A stretch of DNA of 64,000 bases from Hyphomicrobium sp. (GTDB taxonomy: Bacteria; Pseudomonadota; Alphaproteobacteria; Rhizobiales; Hyphomicrobiaceae). Position numbers and translations under genes: made by a program. The notes beneath the pieces were generated by a model that did no database searches, was not told where the DNA came from, and was given only the letters and a program-made list of their open reading frames with translations. Where the stretch lies: NCBI RefSeq assembly GCF_003987725.1, contig NZ_RXJH01000005.1. The stretch is one strand, 5' to 3'. How positions within the stretch are numbered: the first letter of the stretch is position 1; every line of letters begins with the position of its first letter. Below, in pieces: positions 1 through 9,968 of this stretch.

Positions 1-642
1 CTCCCGCAGCATGCTCGCGCCCTCGACCGGCGGATCGCGCGGCACGAACCGCCAGATGAGCGCGACCGTCAGAGCGGCAAGCACCCCGACAATACCGAAG
101 CCCGAACGCCAGCCAAGCGCCTGTCCGATCCACGTCGCCACCGGAACCCCGACCACGGTGGCAATCGTAAGCCCTATGAGCACGCGCCCCACCGCCTGCG
201 CCCGGGCATTTTGCGGAACGAGCGACGCCGCAACCAGCATTGCGACTCCGAAGTACGCTCCGTGCGGGAGCCCGCTCAGAAACCGGAAGGCGACCATTGA
301 GCTGTACGTCGGCGACAGCGCGGTCATCACGTTGAAGACGGCAAAGAGCGTCATCAGCGTAATGAGCAACGTGCGCCGTGACCATTTCGCAGCGAGCACC
401 GCAATGACCGGGGCTCCCACGACGACGCCGAGTGCATACGCGCTGATGGCGTATCCGGCATTAGGTTCTGAAATTCCGAACGTCGCCGCAAAGTATGGCA
501 ACAGGCTCATGGCCGCGAACTCGGTCGTGCCGATGGCGAAGCCACCCATCGCCAGCGCCAGGTGGACGAGATTGACCTGACCGGGCGTCAGCTTTGCGCG
601 CGTTGTCTGCACGCTGTCGAAGGCATCCGCCCGAACATCCAT
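1..642 (-). CDS. MFS transporter (DHA1/AraJ-like), runs off the window start
   Basis: Manual translation from ATG at 642: MDVRADAFDSVQTTRAKLTPGQVNLVHLALAMGGFAIGTTEFAAMSLLP...; the GFAIGTTEF motif is typical of DHA1 MFS proteins. Absent from the ORF track because it is open-ended. Confidence 0.85.
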   Translation of the reverse strand, partial: MDVRADAFDSVQTTRAKLTPGQVNLVHLALAMGGFAIGTTEFAAMSLLPYFAATFGISEPNAGYAISAYALGVVVGAPVIAVLAAKWSRRTLLITLMTLFAVFNVMTALSPTYSSMVAFRFLSGLPHGAYFGVAMLVAASLVPQNARAQAVGRVLIGLTIATVVGVPVATWIGQALGWRSGFGIVGVLAALTVALIWRFVPRDPPVEGASMLRE

Positions 643-964
643 ATCGCACCTGCTTCACTGTCACGCTTCGCTGCATCGCAAGAACCCAGCGGCAAAAGTA
701 AGTAACTGCCTATGTTACGGAATTTGTTCCACGTCGAGCCCGGAGCCCCAGCCTTTTTGCAACTGCGAACTGTCGCGTGCTCATAGCTCGCACCACGCTC
801 ACGCAATTCCGGATGTCCTCCAACACGCTGCGACTGAAAGCCTCTCGACGCTCGCCCATGTTCCGCTGGGCACAGCGCAGCAGACCGGACCGCGGCACAC
901 GAGGCTATTCGCCCGCAGCCAATCGGCCGCAGGCGCGCGTTCGAAGTCATTCAGGGAGACGGCA

Positions 965-1351
965 ATGCAAATGATGCGATTCAACCTCACGGCGCTCGCC
1001 TTGGTAGTCCTTTCTTCTGTTTCGCTGGCCGAGCCCACTTGGGCTGCTGAAGGCCCGATCAACAAGAGCGCCGCTTACGCGATGGACGCCAACGCAAAAC
1101 TCCGGGCCCAGGCACTCGCCAAGAAGAAGCACATGGCGCAGCTGCGCGCGGCCCAACTCGCAAAGCTGAGAAACGCCTCGGTCGCGCCCAAGCCGACACT
1201 TGTCCAGCAAGCGCTCGCCATCGCTGAAACCGCGCGCGGCGGCGACATCGGTGGCTATTCGGACCGTCCGATATCGTACCGTTCGCAGTTCACATCGGCC
1301 TCGATGAAAGACGCGATCGCCAAGCTGCGGCAGGCGGCAGGCATTCGCTAG
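965..1351 (+). CDS. Secreted hypothetical protein
   Basis: Signal-peptide-like N-terminus, GGGAGA RBS upstream, Ala/Lys-rich helical body. Confidence 0.6.
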   Translation: MQMMRFNLTALALVVLSSVSLAEPTWAAEGPINKSAAYAMDANAKLRAQALAKKKHMAQLRAAQLAKLRNASVAPKPTLVQQALAIAETARGGDIGGYSDRPISYRSQFTSASMKDAIAKLRQAAGIR

Positions 1352-1665
1352 GCTTCCCCGGTGCATGCGAGCTCGATCGTACGGCCGCGCCGGAGAAACA
1401 CCGGCCCGGCCGTTCATCGATTGGCAACGCGCGATTAAAAACGATCAACGCTTGAAGGCCTTTTTCCGGAATTTCTCCCGCCGAATTGAGAATTGCGAGA
1501 TTCGATTGCGCAATTTCCTAGAATTGCTGCCCCGCAATATCTGCCTTGACCCAAAATTAATGAAATACCCTCAGCGTATTTCTATGTCGGCTCAAGTGAC
1601 GGAGATTGCTGAATTATTTGGCACTTATGCCCATTAATTAGGCTCTCTCCGCCGCCGGCTTCGAA

Positions 1666-4600
1666 ATGGGGAATATTGGGCCAGCCGAAAGGCCCAATAG
1701 GAATTGGAAGCAGTTTGACATGTTGAGTGGCGGAGCCCGCTTTCGCTCATTTTCCGAAATGGGGCAGCTCTATATAGCCGATCAGGACGGCATGGCACGC
1801 GCCGCTGCCGTAGCGGTCGTTTTCGGCATCGTCGCCTATCTCTCCGCCGCTTTCACCCAAAATAGCGATGGCATAGCGACGGTTTGGCCGGCCAACGGAA
1901 TTGCGCTCGCTGCCGTCATTCTTGCCCGGCGGCCATGGCGCCGGCATCAGATCATTGCCCTGACGCTCATCGCCAACATCGCCGCGAATTTCCTCGCCCA
2001 CCGGGGCCTCGGGTCGAATATCGGTTTCGCCCTATCGAATACGTTCGAAGTTTATGTCGCCTTCGGCGTTCTAAGACTCATGGAAGCCGAACCGTTCGAA
2101 TTCCGAAATGTTCGCTTCCTGAAGTCATTTTCGATCGCCGCCATTGCGGGCTCGGTTATTGCCGCAGCGATTGCGACTTTCCTCGTCGCGACGACGCACG
2201 AGACCATCACACTGCACGTCTTCACATCATGGCTGTTTGCCGATTTGCTCGGCCTGCTGACCGTGACACCGGCCATCGTCCGCCTTCGTCAGTCGCAACT
2301 GGCGCCCTCTTGGACGGCTCCGAAATGGGAAATCTTCGGGCTCTTCGCAGCACTCTCGGCAACGATGGTTCTGGTTGTAGGGCTTCCGCAGCCGTTCCTC
2401 GCATTCCTCATCATGCCGGTCCTCGTGCTGATCGCATGCCGCCTCGGCCCCAACGCAACGTCGGCGGCAACGCTGCTGATGTCGGCGGCCGTCCTCGCGT
2501 GCACGGCCGGCGGTCTCGAAGGCGGCCAGCACATCACGGCGTTCGCCGTGCTGACCGACATCCAGTTGATGCAGCTCTTGATCCTCACGGCCTTCCTGAC
2601 GGTCATGCCGCTTGCCGAAACGATCGATACACAAGCCCGCCTGCAGGAGCGCCTCTCCGCCGAGATCGCGCTGCGCGATGAGCTGAACGATCACCTGCAG
2701 GCTCAGGAACAAGCGATTTCGACGCAAAAGTCGGAACTCGAGAAGGCCCACAACCGGCTGAAAGAAGCGATCGAAATCCTGCCCGAAGGCATCGTCATCC
2801 TCGACGCCGACAACCGCTACGTCGCCTGGAACAAGAAGTATGCCCAGATCTATCACCGGGCCATTGATACCATTGTCGTCGGCCGCAGCCTCGAAGACGC
2901 CGTGCGGATCGGCCTCGATCGCCAGATGTATCCCGAGGCGTTCGGGCGGGAGGAAGCCTGGCTCGCCGAACGCCTCAAAAATCTACGCACGCCCGCGGCT
3001 CCGCATGAACAGCTGCTCGATGATGGCCGCTGCTATCTGATCGAGGAATGCCGCACGAGCGAAGGCGGTCTGATCAGTCTGCGCATCGACATCACCGAGA
3101 TGAAGCAGCGTGAAGCCTCGATCCGGCTTCTGTTCGAGAACAATCCGTTGCCGATGTTCGTCGTCAGCCGCGACCGGATGGCAATCCTCGCCGTCAACAA
3201 AGCTGCCGTTTCGCACTACGGCTATACGCGACGGGATTTCTCGCGCCTGTCGTTGCGCGACATTCAGAATGGCGAGCTTCTTCTGCCGTTCGAAGGCAAC
3301 GTCCAGAACACCGGCCAAACCGACGATCCGCAGCTCTGCAAGCATTATCGCCGCGACGGCCGCTCGATGGAGGTCGAAGTCTATGTTCGGCCGCTCGTCC
3401 ATGACGGCCGCGACGCCCTGCTGATCGCCGCCATCGACGTGACGGAGCGGCGAAAAGCCGATCGCAAGGCCGCCTACATGGCGCGCCACGACGCACTCAC
3501 GTCGCTTCCCAACCGTCACCTGCTCGCCGAACGCATGCAACTCGCGATGGCGCGCGCCAAGCGCGGCGATCGCATGGCGCTCCTTCTCGTCGACCTCGAC
3601 AATTTCAAGGTTGTGAACGATACGCTCGGCCACGCCGCCGGCGACGAGCTGTTGCAGGTCATGGCGGACCGATTGAAGAAAACGCTACGCGAAACCGATA
3701 CCGTGGCGCGGCTCGGCGGCGACGAATTCGCCGTGCTGGTCGTCGATCTTGATCATCCATCGAGCGCAACGAAACTGGCGCAGCGACTGATCGGCATCCT
3801 GAGCGAACCGGTGCGCATCGGCAGCAAGGACGTGGTGTGCGGAGGCAGTGTCGGCATCGCCATGGCGCCGGACCATAGCTGCGATCCAATCGAGCTATTC
3901 CGCCTTGCCGATCTCGCACTCTATGCCGCCAAGGAAGATCAACGTGGAACCTATCAGCTCTTCGAGCGCGAGCTGGACGCCAAGGTCAAGGCACGCAACC
4001 TCCTAGAAACAGAGGTGCGCGACGCCATCAACAACAACGAGTTCGAACTCCACTATCAGCCGATCTTCTGCGTGAAGACGATGACGGCGGTCGGAGCCGA
4101 GGCGCTGCTGCGCTGGCGGCACCCGCGTCTTGGGCTTGCCTCTCCCGCGGATTTCATTCCGATAGCCGAAGAAATCGGCATGATCGCCGATCTCGGGGCG
4201 AAAGTTCTCCGCCAGGCCTGCAAGGAAGCGATGTCGTGGCCGGAGCACACCAGCATCTCGGTCAACGTCAGCGCCATCGAGCTCGAAGCGGAAAGCTTCG
4301 TCGACACCGTGAAAATGGCGCTCGCCGAGTCAGGACTGCCGAGTCACCGCCTCATCATCGAGGTCACCGAATCCACGATCATGAAAGACGTCCAGCTCGC
4401 GACCCATATTCTGCGCCAAGTCTGCGACTTAGGTGTCGAGATCGCAATGGACGACTTCGGAACGGGCTATTCCTCGCTCAGCTCCCTGACGAAAGTGCCC
4501 TTCCAGAAAATCAAGATCGATCGCTCATTCGTCCGCGATTTGGCGATTTCGATGGAAGCCCGCGCCATTCTGTCGACGATTGTCGAGCTTGCACGCACGC

Positions 4601-4770
4601 TCGGCATGCGCACCACGGCCGAAGGCGTCGAAACGGCCGAACAGTTCGAGATCGTCAAGGATTACGGTTGCACGTTAGCGCAAGGGTTCCTGTTCCATCG
4701 GCCGCAGCCCGCCGAAACGATCCGCGAAATTTTCGCGGCCCCGCAGGACATTCATCAGCACGCAGCCTAA
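1666..4770 (+). CDS. MASE1-PAS-PAS-GGDEF-EAL c-di-GMP signalling protein (true start probably further downstream)
   Basis: TM region with the WPANGIALA (MASE1) motif, two PAS-like segments, and intact GGDEF, EALLRW and DDFGTGYSS motifs. Confidence 0.9.
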   Translation: MGNIGPAERPNRNWKQFDMLSGGARFRSFSEMGQLYIADQDGMARAAAVAVVFGIVAYLSAAFTQNSDGIATVWPANGIALAAVILARRPWRRHQIIALTLIANIAANFLAHRGLGSNIGFALSNTFEVYVAFGVLRLMEAEPFEFRNVRFLKSFSIAAIAGSVIAAAIATFLVATTHETITLHVFTSWLFADLLGLLTVTPAIVRLRQSQLAPSWTAPKWEIFGLFAALSATMVLVVGLPQPFLAFLIMPVLVLIACRLGPNATSAATLLMSAAVLACTAGGLEGGQHITAFAVLTDIQLMQLLILTAFLTVMPLAETIDTQARLQERLSAEIALRDELNDHLQAQEQAISTQKSELEKAHNRLKEAIEILPEGIVILDADNRYVAWNKKYAQIYHRAIDTIVVGRSLEDAVRIGLDRQMYPEAFGREEAWLAERLKNLRTPAAPHEQLLDDGRCYLIEECRTSEGGLISLRIDITEMKQREASIRLLFENNPLPMFVVSRDRMAILAVNKAAVSHYGYTRRDFSRLSLRDIQNGELLLPFEGNVQNTGQTDDPQLCKHYRRDGRSMEVEVYVRPLVHDGRDALLIAAIDVTERRKADRKAAYMARHDALTSLPNRHLLAERMQLAMARAKRGDRMALLLVDLDNFKVVNDTLGHAAGDELLQVMADRLKKTLRETDTVARLGGDEFAVLVVDLDHPSSATKLAQRLIGILSEPVRIGSKDVVCGGSVGIAMAPDHSCDPIELFRLADLALYAAKEDQRGTYQLFERELDAKVKARNLLETEVRDAINNNEFELHYQPIFCVKTMTAVGAEALLRWRHPRLGLASPADFIPIAEEIGMIADLGAKVLRQACKEAMSWPEHTSISVNVSAIELEAESFVDTVKMALAESGLPSHRLIIEVTESTIMKDVQLATHILRQVCDLGVEIAMDDFGTGYSSLSSLTKVPFQKIKIDRSFVRDLAISMEARAILSTIVELARTLGMRTTAEGVETAEQFEIVKDYGCTLAQGFLFHRPQPAETIREIFAAPQDIHQHAA

Positions 4771-5043
4771 TGATCGAACGAAACTCCGACCGGCAGACCT
4801 CAAAAACACGGGTCACATCGGACGCGAAATTCTTTTCGTCAATCCTCCAAACGGAGGATGGCAACGCGCGTTGGCTGCGGTAGCTAAATCACATTGCATC
4901 TACCTATGTATTCTAGCGTACGATTGCACAGGGCCGCTTTTGGTACAGTTTTATGACAGAACCAAAGGCGGCCCCTTTGTCTTCCGCAAATTGATGGACA
5001 GTCGCTCGCCGTCGCACGCTGAATAATTCAGCGCGGACGCGCG

Positions 5044-5397
5044 TCAATCGGCCTTTGACGCTGCGTTGAAGGCCGTCTTGCTTGCATCGACGGGAACGCG
5101 ACGCGTGCTGCAGTTCGCGCGAGAGATGTATACCTTCACCCCGTCCGCCCTCACCCCGGCGACGAGATCGCCCGAATGCACGGCGGAAGCGACATGTTCG
5201 CAGACATCGCGCGGCATCCACTGCGTCTGGATTTCGCCATTCTCGAGCGTTGCGACGAGCAGCGACTTGCTGTCGAGGGCAACGGGCGTTTCCTGATGTG
5301 AAGAATGGTCCGGCTTTGTCGGCAAGCCGACCGTGCCACTAGCGGACGCGATAAGAACTACGGATGCAACGATTTTCGAGGCCGTCGTACCAAACAT
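5044..5397 (-). CDS. Secreted hypothetical protein
   Basis: MFGTTASKIVASVVLIASAS... signal-like N-terminus within the longer ORF of the track. Confidence 0.5.
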   Translation of the reverse strand: MFGTTASKIVASVVLIASASGTVGLPTKPDHSSHQETPVALDSKSLLVATLENGEIQTQWMPRDVCEHVASAVHSGDLVAGVRADGVKVYISRANCSTRRVPVDASKTAFNAASKAD

Positions 5398-5542
5398 ACT
5401 CAATCTCCCAGAACTCCGCTTAAAGCAGCATGGAAGTTCCGCATCCGCCAACCGCTCGTGCACTGGATTCCCACACAAAACAAATAGTCCACAGGACACT
5501 GTGCAAAACCGGGCGCACGTTTGGCCCGTCAATCGAGCGCAC

Positions 5543-5574
5543 AAAAGAAAGCCCGGCCTCTTTCGGGACCGGGC
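5543..5574 (-). terminator. Rho-independent terminator
   Basis: GC hairpin (gcccgg...ccgggc) followed by a U-rich tract on the minus strand, downstream of 5598-5891. Confidence 0.6.
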
Positions 5575-5597
5575 AATCCATCGAAACTCATGTGGCC

Positions 5598-5891
5598 TTA
5601 GTCGCAGTAGCGATAGCCGTGACGCCAGTAGCAGTCGCCATAGGCGTCTGCAGCAGCCGCACCAACGATCGCCGCGCCGATGCCAAGAGCGATCCACCGC
5701 CCATTGTGCCAGTATCCGCGCCCGCGATGATGGCCATAGCGATAGCCGCCGCGGTCATACCCGTGCGCGTAATGGCGTCCGCCGTGACCACCGGAGTAAT
5801 GACGGCCAGGGCCGGCATCGGCCGTGGTTGCGAATGTCGCGAGCGGCAACGCAGAGGCCAGCGCCGCGGCAAGACCAATAAATTTTCTCAT
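5598..5891 (-). CDS. Small secreted Gly/His/Tyr/Arg-rich protein
   Basis: MRKFIGLAAALASALPLATFATTADA signal, low-complexity GHYR region, hydrophobic IALGIGAAIVGAAAA segment; AGGAG RBS. Confidence 0.7.
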   Translation of the reverse strand: MRKFIGLAAALASALPLATFATTADAGPGRHYSGGHGGRHYAHGYDRGGYRYGHHRGRGYWHNGRWIALGIGAAIVGAAAADAYGDCYWRHGYRYCD

Positions 5892-6207
5892 TGCAGGACT
5901 CCTTTTTGGCGGGACGGCCCCGCCGCGCTGATACCGACCCAACACCTGTAGCGTCGGTTTGGTTTCAAGCTTTCTTTTGCGTCGGGATCTATTTTGGATA
6001 TGGGGAGAGAATGAGAGCCCTGCAGGAGGCTATACGCCGCGATAAACGCAAACGAATTCCACCGTTATTCATTCGCCATTCACATTCGGATTGCGCGATC
6101 GTCCGCTGAAAATTTCGTGAGCGCGACGTGAAACGTTAAGTGCTCCGAAGCGTCATTTCCGGAAGCGCGTGCACGCGAAGATCGCTCGTCCGAAGCACCG
6201 AACACAT

Positions 6208-6465
6208 TCAATACCGGCGGTACCGTCCCGAATAATAATGCCGTTCAGGTCTTCCATTACCGCACGCCCAACTTCTCGTACCACTCTCGCAGCCGTAACG
6301 GTGGAGCAGTTCAGCGTCGCGCGCATTCGTCGGCCCACCGGCGCGCGCATTCGCGCGGGCCGCCTCCAGCTCCGCTGCTTCCCCACCGCCTCCGGCATTG
6401 GCCGGGAACGGTGCCGCTGCGGCCAGCGTGGCCATTGCCCCCGCTATCACCATCAATCGAGACAT
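6208..6465 (-). CDS. Small secreted protein, E-x-ARA...RYG family copy A
   Basis: Signal peptide ending ANA; core ELEAARANARAGGPTNARDAELLHRYG; GGAGG RBS. Confidence 0.7.
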   Translation of the reverse strand: MSRLMVIAGAMATLAAAAPFPANAGGGGEAAELEAARANARAGGPTNARDAELLHRYGCESGTRSWACGNGRPERHYYSGRYRRY

Positions 6466-6604
6466 GGCTTCACCTCCAGATTCAAGCTTAAATCGGGTCA
6501 GGGCATAAGAATTCAAGTCGTCCGCACAGAAACAAAATCATCGCCTAACGTCGAAGCTGCGTTTACCTTTGAACGGCGGCATGCCGCCGAAGGAGCCGAG
6601 ACAC

Positions 6605-7414
6605 ATGTTCTGGCCAATCGTCATAATCATCCTGCTGATGTACGCCGCCGTATGCGTGCGAATTCTTCGCCAATACGAACGCGGTGTCGTTTTCGTACTC
6701 GGCAAATTCAGCGGCGTCCGCGGACCGGGCCTCATCTTTCTTCTGAGCCCGTTTCAAACGATGGTGCGCGTATCGCTTCGCACTGTCACGATGCAAATCC
6801 CTTCGCAGAAGATCATCACCAAAGACAACGTCTCGATCGATATCGCCGCCGTCGCCTACTACCACATCACCAATCCCGAGAAGGCCGTCATTGCGATCGA
6901 AAACGTCTACGAGGCAATCAATCAGATCAGCCAGACGACGGTTCGCAACGTCGTCGGCCGTTTCTCACTCGACCAGCTTCTCGCGCAAACGGCGACCGTC
7001 AACGAGCAGATAAAGGAAGTGATCGACACGCACACCGAGCCGTGGGGCACGCAAGTCACCGCCGTCGAAATCAAGGACATCGTCCTTCCCGAAAACATGC
7101 AGCGTGCGATGGCCAAAGAGGCCGAGGCCGAACGCGAGCGCCGCGCCAAGATTGTCGCTGCCGAGGGCGAGTTCCAGGCGGCCGTCAAGCTTGGCGAAGC
7201 CGCCGACATCATCACGCAGCACCCCGTCGCGCTGCAATTGCGAACCCTGCAGACGATGGCCGAAATCGCGACCGAGCGGAATTCGACGATCATTTTCCCC
7301 GCACAATTCCTGACGACCGTCCAGGAGGCGCTGGCGATGTTCAAGACCACCGCGAAATCCGAAGAACTGCTTCCGAAGCCGAACGGCGACGATGCCAAAC
7401 CCAAACCGATGTAA
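6605..7414 (+). CDS. SPFH/band-7 stomatin-like (slipin) protein
   Basis: N-terminal TM, QYERGVVF, AMAKEAEAERERRAKIVAAEGE coiled coil. Confidence 0.92.
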   Translation: MFWPIVIIILLMYAAVCVRILRQYERGVVFVLGKFSGVRGPGLIFLLSPFQTMVRVSLRTVTMQIPSQKIITKDNVSIDIAAVAYYHITNPEKAVIAIENVYEAINQISQTTVRNVVGRFSLDQLLAQTATVNEQIKEVIDTHTEPWGTQVTAVEIKDIVLPENMQRAMAKEAEAERERRAKIVAAEGEFQAAVKLGEAADIITQHPVALQLRTLQTMAEIATERNSTIIFPAQFLTTVQEALAMFKTTAKSEELLPKPNGDDAKPKPM

Positions 7415-7507
7415 TGCCGTTCACGCGAGACTTAGATCGAACAGCCTATTGAGCCGCGGCCGGCATCTCGCAATCATCCGTTGCGCCCTCATCCGAGAGG
7501 TTCAGCC

Positions 7508-7786
7508 ATGGCAATGAATGTTTGGAAAGGCTTCTGCGTTGGCGCGAGCATTTGCGGTTTGCTCGCCTTTGCCGCCATTGCCGAAGAAGAAAAAACCAGC
7601 CCGCAAGCAGCTACGCCCCCGACTGCCGATGAACAAGCGGAAGAGTCAGCCACTTCCGGCGGCCTCGTCACCTACAAGGACCACGCGATCATCCCGCACG
7701 GCAAATGCGACTACTTCCATCAAAGGGCGTTGGATAGCAACGAGCCCAAATGGTGGGAGCGATACCGGAATTGCGAAAGCGGATAA
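7508..7786 (+). CDS. Small secreted hypothetical protein
   Basis: Signal-like N-terminus; GAGAGG RBS. Confidence 0.55.
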   Translation: MAMNVWKGFCVGASICGLLAFAAIAEEEKTSPQAATPPTADEQAEESATSGGLVTYKDHAIIPHGKCDYFHQRALDSNEPKWWERYRNCESG

Positions 7787-7801
7787 CCGAGACGCCGCAC
7801 T

Positions 7802-8017
7802 TCACAAGCCGTTCCAGAGTGCAATCACGAGACCGGCGATAGCCCCGGCGACGACGCCTAACGGGCTGGTGATGAAGATGCCGAGCATCGGTCCCTGATT
7901 GGCCTCCGGTGTGAGGATCATCGGACCGAGAAATCCGCCGAGGAAGCCGACGATCCCAAGTATCAGCGCCCACCGGGCCATCGAGTGCAGCATGCTTGAA
8001 GATCCTCGCAGGTTCAT
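7802..8017 (-). CDS. Small two-TM membrane protein
   Basis: Two hydrophobic Gly-rich helices around PEANQGPMLG. Confidence 0.65.
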   Translation of the reverse strand: MNLRGSSSMLHSMARWALILGIVGFLGGFLGPMILTPEANQGPMLGIFITSPLGVVAGAIAGLVIALWNGL

Positions 8018-8277
8018 CCAGCTGATGAAATTGGAGAGGCGTCGTTCGCGAGAAAGCTACGAGAGGCAAACGGCGGCTTCTGAAGTCTCAGCATTATGAG
8101 AATTGTTGAAACAGGAAATACCCTCTTAGTCGGCCGATCTCCGTCCCCCGCTATTTTTTTAACCGATCTCGAAGCGTAGAGCCCTTCGGATCTGGATTAT
8201 GACAATCGAAAGCCGCAAAATCATATGCGAGACTTTTTTGATCCCGCGTGCCTTCGGCGCAATGGTTTAGGTGGCGT

Positions 8278-8502
8278 ATGAGTATGAGTTGGGAGGATCG
8301 CTTGCAGGAAGCTCGGGCAGAGGCAGAGGCCATATTGGCTTTGAATGATGAGGCATTGGCCAAGATGTTTTTCGAACGCACCATGCGCCGCAATCTCGCC
8401 CGCACGGTGAGGCATCTCGATCAGCTCGTCGAAGCTGGCGGCGAAGATAGGTCGCTTGGCGAACACGCCTTGTCCAAATTGGGTTTTGTCGCACGCGAAT
8501 AA
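8278..8502 (+). CDS. Hypothetical protein
   Basis: Protein-like helical composition; no family recognised. Confidence 0.55.
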   Translation: MSMSWEDRLQEARAEAEAILALNDEALAKMFFERTMRRNLARTVRHLDQLVEAGGEDRSLGEHALSKLGFVARE

Positions 8503-8536
8503 ACTTCCGTATGCGCATCTCGCGCGGAGCAATCGG

Positions 8537-8758
8537 ATGAAGCAGGAAGATCTTATCGTCACCTCGCCGTTGAGCAGAGAACTCGATGTCGGCAACCAAC
8601 ATCTCGTTATCAGCGTCTTCAGAGGTGCTTTCGAGGATGACGACTGGTTCTTCGAAGTAATCGACAGCAACGGACACGCCGACATCTCTCAGCAGATGTA
8701 TTCATCTGACCAAGCGGCACTCGAAGCTGCTTTGCAGGCGATCCAATCGCGTGGCTAG
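8537..8758 (+). CDS. Small acidic hypothetical protein
   Basis: MKQEDLIVTSPLSR...DWFFEVID; GGAG RBS; no family recognised. Confidence 0.6.
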   Translation: MKQEDLIVTSPLSRELDVGNQHLVISVFRGAFEDDDWFFEVIDSNGHADISQQMYSSDQAALEAALQAIQSRG

Positions 8759-8893
8759 ATAGCAAAGACATCGCTGGCTAAGAGCGCTTTATTCGCTGTA
8801 GAAAGCATGAAGTAAGCCCGGAGCGCGTGCGAAAGCGCGGCTGACCGGCTTTCCCTCGCGCCCTGACAACACCGAAACAATCCGAGTCTCACA

Positions 8894-9811
8894 TTGCTGA
8901 AAGCCTGGACCCTCCGCCTCCACCGATGGTTGGCGCTCACCTTTGCATTGCCCTTGCTGATCGTCTTTTTGACTGGCCTCATCCTGGCCTTCGAGCCCGC
9001 GATTGTGGCTTCGACGCTCAAACCTAACGTGGTCGACGCGGCCCAGATCGAAGCGGCTCTCGCCAAGCATGATCCGGAAGGCACGGTAGAACGCATCTTC
9101 GTTCATGCCCCTCTCGGCACGCTCGTTCTCGGCGACCGTGGCGGTCCGGAAATCGATCTTGCAACCGGCGAGCAGGCCAACCCGCCGAGCACCTCACTCG
9201 CCGTGTATGCGCTGGCGCGCCGGATTCACAAAACATTGCTGCTCGACGGCGATTGGGGCGTGACGATCTCCACCATCGCGATGCTCTTTCTGGTTGTGAT
9301 CGGGCTCGTCATGGGTATCAGACCATTACGCAACACTGTCAGCGGCTGGCATACGGCAGCCGCTTGGGGCACCCTGCCGCTCATCCTTATCGCACCGCTC
9401 ACCGGACTGGCGATGGTCTACAAGGTGACGTTTTCCGGGCCGGAACCGCTCGTTGCGGCCGACGCCGCGCCGCGCTCGATCATGGAAGCGGTGCGCATCG
9501 TTGCGCGCGAACGGGATCTGGCGACGCTCTTGAGCCTGCGCCTGAGAAAAAACGGTATCGAAGCACGCCTCATCGAAGACGGCGAATATCGCAATTATGC
9601 TGTTTCGACTGCCGGTCTCGTCGACAAGCCGCGGAATTGGCCGAAATTGCTTCATGAAGGCAACTGGGCAGGCGTTTGGTCGGCTTCAGCCAATGCGGCG
9701 ACTTCGCTTGTCCTGACGCTGTTGCTTTCGACGGGACTTCTCATGTGGGCGCGACGCCGCCTGAGACGCCGCCGGAATTCACGCGACCTCGCGAAATTAT
9801 CCCGGATTTGA
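8894..9811 (+). CDS. PepSY-associated TM helix domain protein
   Basis: LHRWLAL...TGL N-terminal motif, internal RRIHKTLL, C-terminal KLLHEG. Confidence 0.85.
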   Translation: MLKAWTLRLHRWLALTFALPLLIVFLTGLILAFEPAIVASTLKPNVVDAAQIEAALAKHDPEGTVERIFVHAPLGTLVLGDRGGPEIDLATGEQANPPSTSLAVYALARRIHKTLLLDGDWGVTISTIAMLFLVVIGLVMGIRPLRNTVSGWHTAAAWGTLPLILIAPLTGLAMVYKVTFSGPEPLVAADAAPRSIMEAVRIVARERDLATLLSLRLRKNGIEARLIEDGEYRNYAVSTAGLVDKPRNWPKLLHEGNWAGVWSASANAATSLVLTLLLSTGLLMWARRRLRRRRNSRDLAKLSRI

Positions 9812-9968
9812 CGGGAAGAATTCCCCGCCAATTGATCAGCACACATGCACATGTGTGATGGTTTTGCGTCACCGCCATCCAAATGTTTCGTTTTTTTGTA
9901 TACATTATTGTAAGCTTGTATTCGGCATGATGTTTACCCCTCAGAATTTTTTCTTGAGGGGAAACGGA

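Noticed and set aside
9811-9840. GGGAA...CCCCGC upstream of the TonB receptor as a cobalamin riboswitch
   Set aside because: The B12 box and other conserved elements are missing; better explained as a simple hairpin.
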